Below are positions 14,628 to 29,199 of a DNA stretch of 64,000 nt, piece by piece. Both the position numbers and the translations under genes were made by a program. Location of the stretch: contig OX597825.1 of assembly GCA_951406725.2 (NCBI GenBank), positions 74,214,001 to 74,278,000 of the forward strand, given 5' to 3'. A model generated the notes under the pieces. That model had not been told where the DNA came from, ran no database searches, and saw nothing but the letters and a program-made list of their open reading frames with translations. The stretch is from Octopus vulgaris (Eukaryota). How positions within the stretch are numbered: position 1 is the first letter of the stretch; each line of letters opens with the position of its first letter.

Positions 14628-15270
14628 TGATGGTGGTGGTGGTGGTGGTGGTGGTGGTGGTGGTGGTGGTGGTGGTGGTGGTGGTGGTGGTGGTGGTGGT
14701 GATGGTAGTGGTATTGGTGTTGGTGGTGTTGGTGTTGGTGATGGTGGTGGTGGTGTTGGTGGTGTTGTTGTTGTTGGTGGTAGTGGTAGTGGTGGTGTTG
14801 GTGGTGGTGGTAGTGGTGGTGGTAGTGGTGGTGGTGTTGGTGGTGTTGGTGTTGGTGGTGGTGTTGGTGGTTGTGGTGGTGGTGGTGGTGGTAGTGGTGG
14901 TGGTGTTGGTGGTGTGGTGGTGGTGGTGTTGTTGGTGGTGGTGGTGGAGGTGGTGCTTGTGATGATGACGGAGGTGATTTTGGTGATGACGATGATGATG
15001 ACAAAGTGGTCGTCGTGTGGTGGTGGTGGTGGTGGTGGTGGTAGTTGTGGTGTTAGTCGTGTGGTGGTGGTGGTGGTGGTGGTGGTGGTGGTGGTGGTGG
15101 TGGTGATGGTAGTGATCGGAATGATGACGATGATGTTAATGTTGGTAATGGTGATGATGACGATGATGATGATTTAGATAATGGTGAGGGTTAAGGTGAT
15201 GGTAGTAATGGTGATGGTGGTGGTGATTACGAAAGGGAGGATAGTGATGATGAGGAGGATGATGGTGATG
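14628..15270. repeat. Long degenerate (GGT)n/(GAT)n trinucleotide tract
   Basis: Read directly from the sequence. Confidence 0.95.
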
Positions 15271-15677
15271 GAGCCTTTGTCGCATTCGGCAATGAGTTTT
15301 CTCTATGGAAGAGGGAATCAAAGTAGGCCTAACGGAAAATGGTGTGTGATCAAGGGGTGGAGCGCATCAGAAGGGAGTTCGAAGTGAAGATATCAAGAAC
15401 AAAATTCAAAGAATAAGAAAGCTCACTATAACACAATGATAAGAGGCGAGACAGATCAATTTCGTCTAAGCGTCAACCAAATTATTTCTCCGGAAAATAG
15501 CGAGAAATATTGAGAGAATACAGACGAATTAAGATTCGTAGATTTCAGAAAAAGTGAGACACAGATGATGTTGCAAAATCACATAAGAATTTAGAATGAC
15601 AAAAGGAAAATACCCGAACAGGTTCACAATATAAAAACATGAAAATATAGATTGTACATAACATTATAAACAACAGA

Positions 15678-16598
15678 CTAGCAGTTGTCTTCAACAACTC
15701 TTGAACTTTGATTTGTCTGTCTCCCTTTTACTGGGTCTTTTCTAGTGTAGATTTGCATTTTCCAGGTATAACATCTTTTACTGCCGCATATTACCCAAAT
15801 TTTAATTCTATATTTCCCTGGTTTTGAAGGAATATTTACCCGGAATGGGCAGCGCCCTCTGAATGAAACTAATTGTTCATCAACTGTCATACATGAATTT
15901 GGAACATATCCATCTTGCAAATTCTGATTCCACATTTCAAATACTTCTGTTATGGGCTCCAATTCATCATCACTTCCCTTTGTTCTTCTTGCACTAGCAT
16001 CATCAAAACGCAATACTTGTAAAATCTGTTGAAAACTTTTCCGGCTCATAATGTTGTTGAATATTGGACAGCCATCTTTTTGACTCCATAATTATGCGAC
16101 ATTTTCATGTTTAGATTTTTAAACACCTACAAGAATAATCAGTCCAATAAATTTCTTTAGTTCAGAATGATCAATTTCCTTCAATTAAGGACCTTAAGCA
16201 TTTGTCCTTTTACAATTACTTCAAGAAGATTCTGACGCAGAAAGATCGTAAAACATGTTTCAATGCTGTCGCAAGTCCTTTTAGCAGAAAGAGATGGTCT
16301 ACATTCTTGGCGCAAAATATTGCATGGAGTTCTTAATGTTGCTTAAGTAAGAGGACCAGAATAGCAAACTTCTTGTCTGTCTTTAGAAACATATTGTACA
16401 TTCGTAATTGGGTGACTAGCAGATAATTGATTTTGAGTATTTTCATCATCTGATGACACAGAACTTAAACTGTTCAGCGTAACAATCACTTTCACCATCA
16501 TCTTCAGAGTAATTGGAGGAATCACTATTATTTTCTTCCCATTCTTCATCTAACCTTTTTGATAGTTGGTCTTCACTCAAGTTTTCCCGTCTAGGCAT
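15678..16598 (-). pseudogene. piggyBac (PGBD-type, DDE_Tnp_1_7) transposase pseudogene
   Basis: Starts MPRRENLSEDQL with an acidic N-terminus, then MSRKSFQQILQVLRFDD...MTVDEQLVSFRGRCPFRVNIPSKPGKYRIKIW...MQIY. Frameshifts and stops are present, and it ends before the second catalytic Asp (DN motif). Confidence 0.9.
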
Positions 16599-17155
16599 AT
16601 TGGAAAGCAGAAGTGAACTATATGAAACTTGACAGCAGACTAAAGGCAGATACTGCTCTCACATATTTATATTCTCCTGAAAGTTGATGCAATGAATTGT
16701 AAGAACTGCGTCATCAGATAGAAATATTGCATCACCCTATAACCAAGAAAATCGAAGGTGATGCAATACCACACAAATTTACAGGAATATTTTCATAATT
16801 GTTTCCTATTTTCTCTAAAATTCAACAAATAAATTGAATTCAATTTCATCTATTTCATATCTGATAAGTATCTAGGAAAAAAGTATTTGATACTGCTTTT
16901 ATTCTATTTAGTATGACAAGAGTAGTATCTGAATTTAATTCAAGGGTTCAATGGACCCATACAGTAATTTATGCATAAAGTGAAATTTTCTAGCTTTTTG
17001 TAAATATACAGAAAATTTCCCATTTGACTAATAAAAGAGAGTCAAGAAAAAAAAGTCACAAAAAATCACCAAAATCAAATAATATAAAAAGTAGGAAAAG
17101 GCAACTGGAAAAATTGAAATGGGTCCATCGGACCCATTGGTAGACAGAAGGTTAA
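15678..17155 (-). mobile_element. piggyBac DNA transposon, 5' part (one terminus with TTAA, truncated transposase)
   Basis: The terminus reads TTAA-CCTTCTGTCTACCAATGGGTCCGATGGACCC on the minus strand (TTAA at 17152-17155), with a subterminal repeat GGGTTCAATGGACCCAT at 16944. Transposase motifs follow. Confidence 0.9.
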
Positions 17156-17186
17156 TATGTATTTTTTCATTTTTATTTATTTATTG

Positions 17187-17218
<32 letters not shown>

Positions 17219-17232
17219 ATGTGTATGTATAT

Positions 17233-17300
<68 letters not shown>

Positions 17301-17750
17301 TGTACTACTGTATACATGCACATATATGTGTATATAGATGGTATACATACACATATACGTTTATATAAATGGTACACACACACGCATAAATACATGTGTA
17401 TATGTATATATGTATATTACGTATGAAGTTAGAACATTATTTACGTATTATGCATGGATGCTGTTTCCTGTAGTTTTCGGTGTTTTCTCTCCGGTTTTAT
17501 ATTCCATTCATTTGTGTGTATGTACATTCTGAAGCATTGCAAGTGTTTATTTACATTGAGCTAAGATATTTTATCTCTCGGATGGATTGGTAAATCAATC
17601 AGAAACAAATGTTGTCAGTCGATCGATCATTCATTATAATATCACACTCGTGTACTTTTACATTCTTGTTCTGTGTGTGTGTGAGAGGTGGGAGTTGTGT
17701 GCACTGGATAAAACTGAACATATTCTAAAAAAAAAAAAGAATTACATATT

Positions 17751-18135
17751 CTTTTACTCTTTTACTTGTTTCAGTCATTTCACTGCGGCCATGCTGAAGC
17801 ACCGCCTTTAGTCCAGCAAATCGACTCCAGGACTTGTTCTTTGGAAGCCTAGTACTTATTCTATCGGTCTCCTTTGACCTAACCACTTAGTTACGGGGAC
17901 GTAAATACACCAGCATCGGTTGTCAAGCGATGCTGGGAGGACAAATGGACACACACATATACATATACATATATACGACGGGCTTCTTTCAGTTTCCATC
18001 TACCAAAGCCACTCACAAGGCTTTTGTCGGCCTGAGGCTATAGTAGAAGTCACCTGCCCAAAGTGCCACGCAGTGGGACTGAACCCGGAACCATCTGGTT
18101 GGTAAGCAAGCAACTTACCACACAGCCACTCCTGC
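17751..18135 (-). mobile_element. SINE family B, full copy
   Basis: Homologous to 6393-6844 over its full length. Confidence 0.9.
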
Positions 18136-18474
18136 ACGGTCACATTGTGAACGATTCCTGTACATTCTGTTATCCCTTATTTTCCTATATTACTTAGAAG
18201 AATGATCCCCATCCGAAGACTGCAGTTTCATTATGGTACTTCATATGTGCATATATCCATGTGAGCGGGTGTATAGTCTGTGTACGTGTGTGTCCATGTG
18301 TGTGTATGAAGATTTAATTACATATATGTATACACATATATGTAGGCATACATTTACGTGTATACATATATGTCTGTATAAAGATATCTATGTCTACATG
18401 TATACAGGCGTATTTGTATAATATATACGCATATAAGTATGTATGCATATAATACATACATACATATCTATCTA

Positions 18475-18547
<73 letters not shown>

Positions 18548-19006
18548 ATACATACATACATATTTATATACAAATATACATATATATATATATATATTAA
18601 CATATACTATGTTTATATATATGCATATATAGTATCATCTGGGTAATAATATTATAGCGTGCTACACCATAGCTCTTCTACACGTATGGGCTTCCATATC
18701 CTATCATATATCAAGAATTCTCTCGTTACTAGTTATACCTATGGACATTCTTTAATATTCGCAGAATTCCTACGATAGAATTATAATGCAAGAAACAGAG
18801 TGAGCACGTTTTAATCCAAATCTCTACAATTGTTTCTGTGCATTAGTATCAGATTTTCATTGTTTTGTTTTTTCACACATTATGCACATTATTGCATTAA
18901 TATGATCCAACGACAGTGTGTACCTTCAAGTTTGCATGTGAGTGGGATCCGAGGGCACACCCGTCTTCATTCCATCTCCCTGTAGTATAATTCATGTGTA
19001 TGTTTC

Positions 19007-19176
<170 letters not shown>

Positions 19177-20501
19177 GTCTATGTGTGTATGTATGTATAC
19201 ATATATATATATATACATATATATGTATATGTATCTCTCTCTCTATATATGTTATATATGTATATAAATCTCTCTTTCTCTATCTATCTATCTATTTGTC
19301 TATCTATCTATCTATCTATATATATATATACATACATACACACATACATTCATACATACATTCATACATACATACATACATACATACATACATACATACA
19401 TACATACATACATACATGCATATCTACATACATATATATATAGAGAGAAATATGGCTGTTTTCTATATAGAATACACTTCGCAGTGTTCAAGAGATTTGA
19501 ACTTGAGTCGGTAGAAGAGTAAATGCAATAACAAGCAAGTTAGGCAAGTCGATCCACACAGAATATAAGTGATATCAGGAGTTAAATGAGTAAAGTATAT
19601 ACATATGCCATGTACTCTTGCACACACACATACACGCGCAATCACATATATTCTGTTTTGACCAAGACTAGTCGTCCATAAAGAGCGAGATTGGATTATA
19701 AATCAATTCCCAATTTTACACTGTTGTTATTTACTAATATTCTCATGTATCGTATCTTCGTGTGAAAGATACTTTTCTGCATGAATGTTTTGTTCTTGAG
19801 CATCGATTAACAAATCATAGATACCAGTATCCTTGCCCATTACTACACAGCTCTGTAAGGCAACGTAGTTCCACTGCTGTAACACGTACTCAGTCTCGGT
19901 ACTTCTTCCGGTTGTCAGTTTTCTGACGCGGGGTCGGAAAATAAAGTGTGAATCAATTACAAGAGTCGAATCAAATAGTTGAACTCCATCCCAACTAAAA
20001 TTGCGAACGTTGTGTCTAATCAGAGTCGCTTATTTTAACCATTAAAGTAGAAAGCTTGCAGAATTAATGGAGCAACGGAATATATATTTAGCGATACTTC
20101 CTCCTGCTTTTTACCTTCTGTGTATTATTTTCCGCTGAGGTTAACCTCCGAGAAATAAAATGTCGTACTCGTCAAATACTAGGTCGATAATATCTACTGA
20201 CCCCTTCCACCAAAATTGGACTTATGCCTAATTAGAGACAATTATTATCAGTAGGATGACAGGCTAAAATCTTTGGAGCGTCGGGAAAATATTTCGTAGT
20301 ATTTGTTCCATTTCTTTATGTCCTGAGTTCAAATCTTGGCAAAGGTACCTTCGTCATTCATTCCTCTGGTATTGACAAAATAAAACGCTGGTTGATGGTA
20401 TTGACTAAGATACTCACTTCAAAATTGATGGTCATATGCCTACACTAGCAACAAACATTCATACTACTACTTTATGAATGATTGCAGATTTGGCCAAAAC
20501 G

Positions 20502-20740
<239 letters not shown>

Positions 20741-20862
20741 AATATATTTATTTCGTAATCCTTTTTTCTTTTAATTTCTATAAATGTATACATTCAAAGA
20801 AAGTGTATTCTCTAAAGCATCTCACGTAGACTAAAAAAGCTTTCATCTCTAAGCAAAAGCGA

Positions 20863-21165
20863 CATACATACACACATACATACACACATACACACACACA
20901 TACATACATACACACACATACATACATACATACATACATACATACATACATACACACACATACATACATACATACATACATACATACATACATACACACA
21001 CATACATACATACATACATACATACATACATACATACACACACATACATACATACATACATACATACATACATACACACATACATACATACATACACACA
21101 TACATACATACATACATACATACACACACATACATACATACGTACATACATACGTATATACATAC
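20863..21165. repeat. (ACAT)n microsatellite with periodic (AC) interruptions
   Basis: Read directly from the sequence. Confidence 0.97.
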
Positions 21166-21609
21166 ATGTGTGTGTGTACATTTGCACAATTATATTTATG
21201 TATAAATGAATATATATACATATGTATATACGTACATGTATATAATACTTGTATTCACAGAATGAAGTCAGTGGATTTGACTATGCTTCTTTTCAAAGAC
21301 TTCAAAGTGATTCTGCAATCATTCTGCCTCTAAAGCAAATCAATAGAATATGTTGATTTGATAGGAACGTGTTGCAATGTATTAAAGTGTTTGTGGAATT
21401 CGTAATGTTAGTTTAGCACAGCCACCATTTACTAGCGTGTTTGACTTGGTAACAAGTACCAAGCTGTCGTTGTTTTAAATAGAGCTGACAGTCGACAGAC
21501 ATCTTCACCTTTGACCCAGTGGTGCAAACCGGTCGGAGAATGTGTTACACAACTATTTGACTGATATTCATTTTCGACTGGGTAAATTGGAGCAACATGG
21601 AATGAAGTA

Positions 21610-23040
21610 TTTTGACAAAATTTTTTTAAAACTTTTCACAGGATTTTCACAAATATTTTGAATAAAATATTTTGACAAAAATATTTTTTGAAAATCCTTC
21701 AAAAATTTAACTCAACTTTTTGTGAAAATTTTTGAAAAACTTTTTCAAAATTTTCGACAAAACCGTTTGAAAATTTCTTCAAAATTTTTGTAAAAGTCCT
21801 TTGAAAAGTTTTTCAAAAAATTTTTTAAAATCCTTTGAAAACTGTTTAAAATTTTTTTTTTTAAATTATTGGAAAAGCTTTTTAAAATATTTTCAAAATC
21901 CTTTGAATACATTTTGAAAATCTTTTCAAAACTCTTTGAAAACTTTTTCAAATTTTTGTGAAAATCCTTTGAAAACGTTTCTAAAAAATTTTTGCAAAAT
22001 CCTTTGAAAAGTTTTTCAAAATTTTCGTCAATCTCCTTTGCAAATTTTAAAAAAATTATTTCTGAAAATCCTGTGAAAATTGAATCAAAATTTTTGTGAA
22101 AATTCTTAGAAAAGTTTTTCAAAATCATTTGAAATGTTTTCCAAATTTCTTGTCAAATTCCTGTGAAAATTTTAAAAAATCTTTGTCAAAAACTTTTCGC
22201 AGGATTTTGACAAAACTTTTGAAAAATTTGCAAATGGTTTTGCCAAAACTTTTGAAAAATTTGCAAATGGTTTTGCCAAAACTTTTGAAAACTTTGAATT
22301 GATTGCTTGAAAAATATTGAAAAACTTTTCAGTGGATTTTGACAAAAATTTTGAAAAACGTGTCAAAGGTTTTGACAAAAATTTTGAAAATCTTATCAAA
22401 GAATTTTGAAAAACTTTTCAAATGATTTAGCCAAATGTTTTGCAAACATTTTCAAAAGATTATGACAATAGCTTGGTAAAACTTTTCAAAGAATGTTGTC
22501 AAAAGTATTGAAAAAAGTTTCAAAGGGATTTTACAAAATTTAGTAAAACTTTTCAAAGTATTTTCAAAAAAACTGTTTAGAAAATATTCAATATTTTTTG
22601 ATAAATTTTAGAAAACATTTTTATAAGGATTTTGAGAAAAATTTTAGAATATTTTCAAATGATTTTGAAAGGAATTTTGATAAACTTTGCAAAGAATGTT
22701 GTCAAAATTTTTGAAAAAATTTTCAAAAGGTTTTGACAATAATTTTCTAAAACTTTTCAAAGGATTACGAAAAAAAAAGAAATTTAAAACTTTTGAAAGG
22801 TTTTTGAGAAAAATTTTGAAAAGTTTTCAAAGGAGTTTGAAAGAAACTTTTTAGAATTTTCAAAACTTTGACAAAAAATTGAAAACCTTCTCACAGGATT
22901 TTGCGAAAAGTTTTTTAAAAAATTTCAAACGATTTTGAGAAAAAGTTTTAAAATTTTTCAATGGATATTGCCAAAATTTTGAAAATTTTATGAAAAATTT
23001 AGAAAAAATTTTCAAAGGATCTTGACAAAAATTTGAATAA
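21610..23040. repeat. A/T-tract minisatellite, ~34-35 bp unit, with an internal inversion
   Basis: Unit approximates AAAACTTTTCAAAGGATTTTGACAAAAATTTTGA. Block ~21690-22190 carries the reverse complement (AAAATCCTTTGAAAA). Confidence 0.85.
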
Positions 23041-23190
23041 CTTCTACATCCAGGAAACGAGCGTACGAGTTAATGACGTGACCTCTATTCCATATACCCT
23101 ATCATATCTCATTATACACATCCGAGCGTGGGATGAAAACTTCATGATCTGACTATGAATCATCGATGCCGGAGCAATGAAATCTTTTAG

Positions 23191-23320
23191 GATGAGTGGT
23201 GGGTTGATCAGTTTGAACCAGAGACAAAACAATGACCCTTACATTGGAAAAGCTCATCGTCCTCTGCTCCAAAGTAGGCCAAGGTCGTTTCGTCAACAGC
23301 TTTTTGTGATGCAAAATGCA
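23191..23320 (+). pseudogene. mariner (Tc1/mariner) transposase fragment
   Basis: Translates DEWWVDQFEPETKQ*PLHWKSSSSSAPK*AKVVSST...FCDAK. This matches the mariner DExWV...EPETKRQS.QW...PKKAK...FWD block at the first catalytic Asp. Confidence 0.8.
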
Positions 23321-24578
23321 ATGGACTAAGCATCAACAGTAACAAATATATAAAGGAAAATAATTTCTAGAAACGCATTGTAAGTTAGCTGGATTTCATT
23401 TCGTTTTGCTACCCAATATTAGAAAGATTTGATCAATAACTCTTTCTTGCACAATATGTCAGTTTTATTGGGTGTTTGGTATTCTCTCGCTGGTGTTTTT
23501 CTCATGTAGGTTGCAGATAAATTAGAATGCTTATACTTCTGTGCATTCAATTCAAACATACAGTAGTATACATTCTTTTTGTTTTGAGATCAAATCATCA
23601 CAGTCGTCCAATAAAAGAGGATTTTGTGACCAGATGTTTGTTTAAATGCGCTGTATAATCAAGGGAAATTGATGCTTGCATATAACTGTATCAGTTACAG
23701 AAATCGATTTAGTAATAGATTCTTATTTTGTCAAACTATCATAAAAAAAGGAAGAACACGTTGGGCAATGTAATCTACATATACAAGAAAGATGGATGGG
23801 CATGACAGGCACGCCTGTTAGCATAGACGTGTATATTAAGTCACGGATATCCTGAACACAGAATCAACACCTACGGCAACTAAACAACAACTACAAAAGT
23901 ATGCATTCGGTTACTAATGTTTTTTGCACGACTTGATCCACGGTGATAAACCAAATATTTTGACAAGAGTAGGAGGAGAAGGGGATCAGAAAGAAGAGGA
24001 GGAGTACGAGGAGGAAAGAGAGGGGCATGTCTTTCAGTCAAGAGTTTATTGCTTTGGATTTCATTTCTAAAGCATCACAGAAACACAAAACAACGTTTCA
24101 GATTTTATTGTCAATAAGCAGTACTTATGAACTGTTTTCAGTATATATTGATTTCTCACACAGGTACAAGGTCATTAACTTTTGCTGGAAGATATAATCG
24201 ATCAAATCCATCCTAGTAATTGACTGGTATTTTATTTTATTGGTAACGAAAGGTTGGAAGGTGAAATGTTATTCAACAACGAAACAAAACATAATGATAT
24301 GTCGTTGAAAATAGTTTCAGATTTTAACATATTATGCAATATGATTAAGCTTTGAAAAAATCAGTTTCATTTCATATATTAATTACAAAGATTTAATTAA
24401 TGTGAGTGCTTAGAATATATTTATGGAAGTAATTAATTAATTAATTACTTAATTAATTAATTCGAAGCACATTCTTAAACATATTTACATAGTTTTAAAT
24501 TGTTCATTCTCAAGTAATAATAATTTAAATACATGTTTAAAGATATATAATTGTGTCTATATATATATTCATATATAC

Positions 24579-24626
<48 letters not shown>

Positions 24627-25039
24627 GTATATATAGAGAGATAGATGTGAGAGAGGACAAAGAAGTGAGAAAGCCATGCATGTATACATATGTGTATGTA
24701 TATATAAGAATATATTATATATATATATATATATACTTACATACATACATATGTATATCCAATGACTCAGATCTGTATCGTTAAAGATTTCATAGGTTTA
24801 GAAATAATACTGAGTTGTGAGGCAGCCACAGCTTTGAAACGACGCTGAATGGTATTGGATAACGAGCTACAATAATTCTTATATATACATATTCATACAT
24901 ACATGTATACATAAAGGTAGGAAGAGAAGAAAAAAGGAAAGGAGAAATAAAGGCTATGGGAAGTAAGATAGAAGAATAAAGAAAAGATAATTTGCAGAAA
25001 ATTATTATTAGGTAATGTATAGATATTATTTGAAAAAAA

Positions 25040-25425
25040 CTGAAGGAATGTTTCTTTCAGTGTGTACACATGTAAACCCTCTCCGTAAACCTGTTTACCA
25101 GTTTGTGTTTGGAAAAGAGAATAAGAAATTGCTCTTCCTTACAAAGAAGAGGAAAATATTTCCCTTTATGATAGGGAAAAGATCTAGATAAAATGTTGCA
25201 TTCTATGGCTACAGAGTAGTTTACTAAGTCCAGTGATGTTACGCTTTCGATCATATTTGAAGGTAGAGAAATTGTTAGCCAATCTGGATTTCAAAAACGT
25301 TGGGGATAAACCTATATAAATAAAATCCTTGTTACCAGAGGTAACCTTGCATTGGTATACGGCATTCTTAATTCAACCCTCTCCAATTAGGACACAGGTT
25401 TTATTAGGGCCACAATTGTAAATGC
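25040..25425 (-). pseudogene. Penelope-like element GIY-YIG endonuclease fossil
   Basis: YNCGPNKTCVLIGEG*IKNAVYQCKVTSGNKDFIYIGLSPTFLKSRLANNFSTFKYDRKRNITGLSKL / IECNILSRSFPYHKGKYFPLLCKEEQFLIL...LVNRFTERVYMCTH. Shows AVY..YIG and the C-terminal LC/CxH pattern of PLE endonucleases. Confidence 0.85.
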
Positions 25426-26689
25426 TGATTACATTGATGTTATCATTTAAGGAGTTAGTATCGTTAATATTATTGTTAATGTTAATAAGATATTTTGAAT
25501 TATTAGGAGATAAATTGTAACCTTTTAGGATACGGCTTTGTTGGAGCCCAAACTTCTGAGATCTTTTAGGGCACTTAGAGAATTTGAAGAACCCCTGCAA
25601 TAAGTGTGTGAATCTGAAATGGAAATATGTTGAATAAAATCCTAATTAGCTGATCCTCCTGTGTTTCCTTACAGCCGAAGCAAGGAACAGTTAAACGCCT
25701 TTCGTATATATTATATAAACGTACATAAATATTGTACGCTATATGTATGTGAAGGTGTGTGTGTGTGTATTTGTGTTTGAAGTCTTAAGCTGATGACATG
25801 TGTGTGAGTACTTTTGAAGTTGACAGGTATAAATATCTCTCACTATTATACTTGAAAGATCGTCCCATCTGAGAAATTTAAAGTTCACAATCCATCAATG
25901 TGAAGCTTCACATATAGGAAGAATACTTCAGGTATTGAGTCGCTTTAATCTCATTTATACTCTTTCACGCACACACACACACAAACACACACACACATAC
26001 ACACACACACACAGAGAAATGCTCAGGAAAGCATGTTAACAAACATATGCAAACAAGCGTATATGATCTATAATGTACAAAATTATCGAAATCTATTAAA
26101 TTTTTTATGTAAGAATAATATATATATATATGCATATATACACATCTACATATATGCATATACATTATACATACATACATACAAATACATGCACACACAC
26201 ATGCACACATATACATGCATATACATATATATGTATGTATTACTATGTATATTTATTAAACTTGGAATCTTTCAATATCATTTTATGGATTAAACTTTGA
26301 ATTGCACGCCCATAATAATATCTCGATTTCTACTTTATATTTCATACTTCGCAAAATTTCTTTTTGTTCCTTTAAGTTTCATTCGTCATAGAAAAATATT
26401 ACATCTCAAGAATATGCTGTGTGCCATACTTGAAACTTAGTGACAGTCTTACGATTATGTCACTCTTGATCCCCTAAACTTGTAAATAGCGATCATGATC
26501 AGCACTCAATTATTTAGATTAATGATATTTTTACTTTACAAAAGCTGCATTTAAATCCTTGTTATTTCAGTTTTAAAATTGTAGATTTTGTTGTTATTTC
26601 TAGCATCTTAGATAAATACGTAGGGCTTCATATAAAGATATAGTTTAAGTTTTGATTGTTTTAAACTTTTTATGAGTTCTTACTATTTT

Positions 26690-26835
26690 GTACCACTTTC
26701 TAATAGGTTGTTAATGCCTGAAATGAAGAGTTGATAGACAGACAACTCATGAAGGGTCCTTTCTCTGTGTTTATTTGTCCTGTTTTTACGTATTTCATGT
26801 TGTTGCACAGTTGGTGATAAGAAATACCCCTGATA
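26690..26835 (+). repeat. Interspersed repeat, probably PLE pseudo-LTR-derived (inverted copy at ~30330-30530)
   Basis: TTAATGCCTGAAAT...ACAACTCATGAAGGGTC aligns with the minus strand at ~30435-30490 (TAAATGCTCGAAAT...ATAACTGATGATGGGTC). Confidence 0.45.
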
Positions 26836-27070
26836 TAATATATGTATATATATATATATATATATAAATTAGAGGAAAACACTATTATGTAATTCAAACA
26901 ATGTTAGATGTAACCCAAATCATAAATAAAAAAATATATTTTAAAACATATAACTAGATCACAAAAAGTACAAAAAATGAATAAACAATATATAATAAGG
27001 AAAAAGACTACGTACGTTTCATGGCTATAATTTAAATTCGAATTACAATCAAATTAAAATTATATATATA

Positions 27071-27138
<68 letters not shown>

Positions 27139-27243
27139 GGTGTCTATACGTATCTATTTTTAAGTAGATAATACATACAAATGTATATTGTGTATATTAT
27201 ATATAATGTAATTGTTATGAATATATATTTATATCAATATGTG

Positions 27244-27275
<32 letters not shown>

Positions 27276-27277
27276 TT

Positions 27278-27341
<64 letters not shown>

Positions 27342-28135
27342 TGTAGTATGTATGCACGTGAATGCATGTATATGTGTATATGCTTCGTATGTGCATGTAC
27401 GTATGTAGATAAGTATGTTTATTTGCATTTACGGTGAACGGCAGCACATTATCTCAGAGAAGACATATTAGAATTATGTCGAACAATTTTCAACAGAGCT
27501 TGATATGTTTACGACAGATACGATAGCTGTGCCAGTTCGCCAGTTCTGAATGTCACGACTTGAGATACACATTGAATGAAGGTTTCAGGAAATATAATTT
27601 TAGTTGAATATTTAAAAAAAAAGCAATACATATGTTGCTTTATCTGCCTCTTTGTTTTCTTTTAACGAAATAAAAATATTCTGAAATAGAAAGTAATAAT
27701 ATTATTTTGTGTGGAATCTTAGAAAATATTGATACAGAATTTCATGTTTATTTTTTGGAAGCACGTGAGAATATCGTGTTTCTACTTAGGTTATCGAAAG
27801 TTACTACATTGGATTCTCATAATAATTATCCTGTAATTGTATGGTTCAAGATTACATATTTATATCTACCACGAATTCGTGCAATATACGGATAATAACT
27901 TTCTCCATCAGGGAAAAGGGATATATAGGGATTTGAGCAGAAAGGAATCATAATTAATATTATCTGGATTTGAAGCATGTGCTCGACTTCAATTTCTGCC
28001 ATCTGTTATCAACCTTTGGTTTAATCTTTTCTGACAATATTAAATAAGTAGTTACAGTATTATAGAGTGGATTTAATTAAAAATATTGTTATTTGATCCC
28101 TCATTTATACTTGGCCCTATCTAAGAAATATTGCT

Positions 28136-28400
28136 TTCTTGTTTCAGTCATTGCATTGTGCCCATGCTGGAGCACCGCCTTCAAGGGTTCAAGCGAGAAA
28201 ATCTCCCCATTACACATCTTTTAAGTCTAATTATATTTGTATTGGTTTCGTTTGACGAGCTGCTAGGTTACGACAATATGAACTAACACCGAGCGTCGAG
28301 CGGTGTTGGTATATATGACGGGCTTCTTTCAGTTTCCGACTACCAGTTACACTCACAAATCTTTGGTCGGCCGGAAGCTTTAGTAGAAGACACATGTTCA
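28136..28400 (-). mobile_element. SINE family B, decayed partial copy
   Basis: Contains TTGTTTCAGTCATT, CATGCTGGAGCACCGCC and GACGGGCTTCTTTCAGTTTCCG. Confidence 0.8.
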
Positions 28401-29050
28401 GGTTGACAATTATATTTCTATTTATGAATGCAGGCTGAATTTTAGGCACACACTGTATATTGTGTGCATTTTCTCATTGTCTTTGTGTATTTGTATGAGT
28501 GCAACAATGTCTCAATTTTATATGGAAACAATTCAATATTCGCTGATGTCAACAAGAGACATGTGAATTCTGAGAAGCATATAAATAAGGATTATTATCT
28601 TTCAATTATATTCTGTGTTTCAAAATATCTTGTCTTGATTTCAGTTTTAAGCTCAACTTCCAATTAAGTTATTACTAATGCTTATCAATCCTGATCTTGG
28701 AGATTGATCACCAATCGCTTTTCAACAGTGACCATCTTATCTTCTGGGGAAATAGCGAATACATTTTCCAAGCTATAATTCTGTATTTAATTCGGCAGGC
28801 TTCGGCTTTATGAAGATTTGGCTGTTATTCAGAGGAGAATAAATAACTTGCAATTTAGTATTGTATTTGATGGTGTTAAAGACACACAGTCATATTAGAC
28901 GCATTCCATTTTCAGTAGCACATATTCAGGTAAAGCATTTTTTTAATGTATTAAAGCATGGAATATTTAAAGCAATTTCGTACTACTTTACAAAGCATAA
29001 CAGAAGCGTCTTAACTATATCGGGAAACATATATAAGATGGTAGGCTATT

Positions 29051-29199
29051 ATATTTCTTTACTACCCACAAGGGGCAAAACACAGAGGGGACAAACAAGG
29101 ATAGACAAACGGATTAAGTCGATTACATCGACCCCAGTGCGTAACGGGTACTTAATTTATCTACCCCGAAAGGTTAAAAGGCAAAGTCGACCTCGGCAG
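29051..29199 (-). mobile_element. SINE family A, 5'-truncated, with TSD
   Basis: Flanked by ATAAGATGGTAG(G/T)CTATT at 29033 and 29200. Confidence 0.88.

Noticed and set aside
15678-16598. Domesticated PGBD gene
   Set aside because: Frameshifts, stops, truncation and a retained transposon end indicate a dead element.
19730-19940. ~70-codon open frame on the minus strand (TTGRSTETEYVLQQWNYVALQSC...)
   Set aside because: No homology recognised; the upstream sequence looks like a SINE remnant and such a length can arise by chance.
21745-22399. K/F/N-rich ORFs resembling coiled-coil or repeat proteins
   Set aside because: They arise from the A/T-tract minisatellite on both strands.
21610-23040. 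CRISPR-like periodic array
   Set aside because: There are no unique spacers and no cas genes, and the context is eukaryotic.
25645-25720. Strong plus-strand acceptor CCTCCTGTGTTTCCTTACAG
   Set aside because: No good donor follows, frames stop quickly, and it adjoins a PLE fossil.
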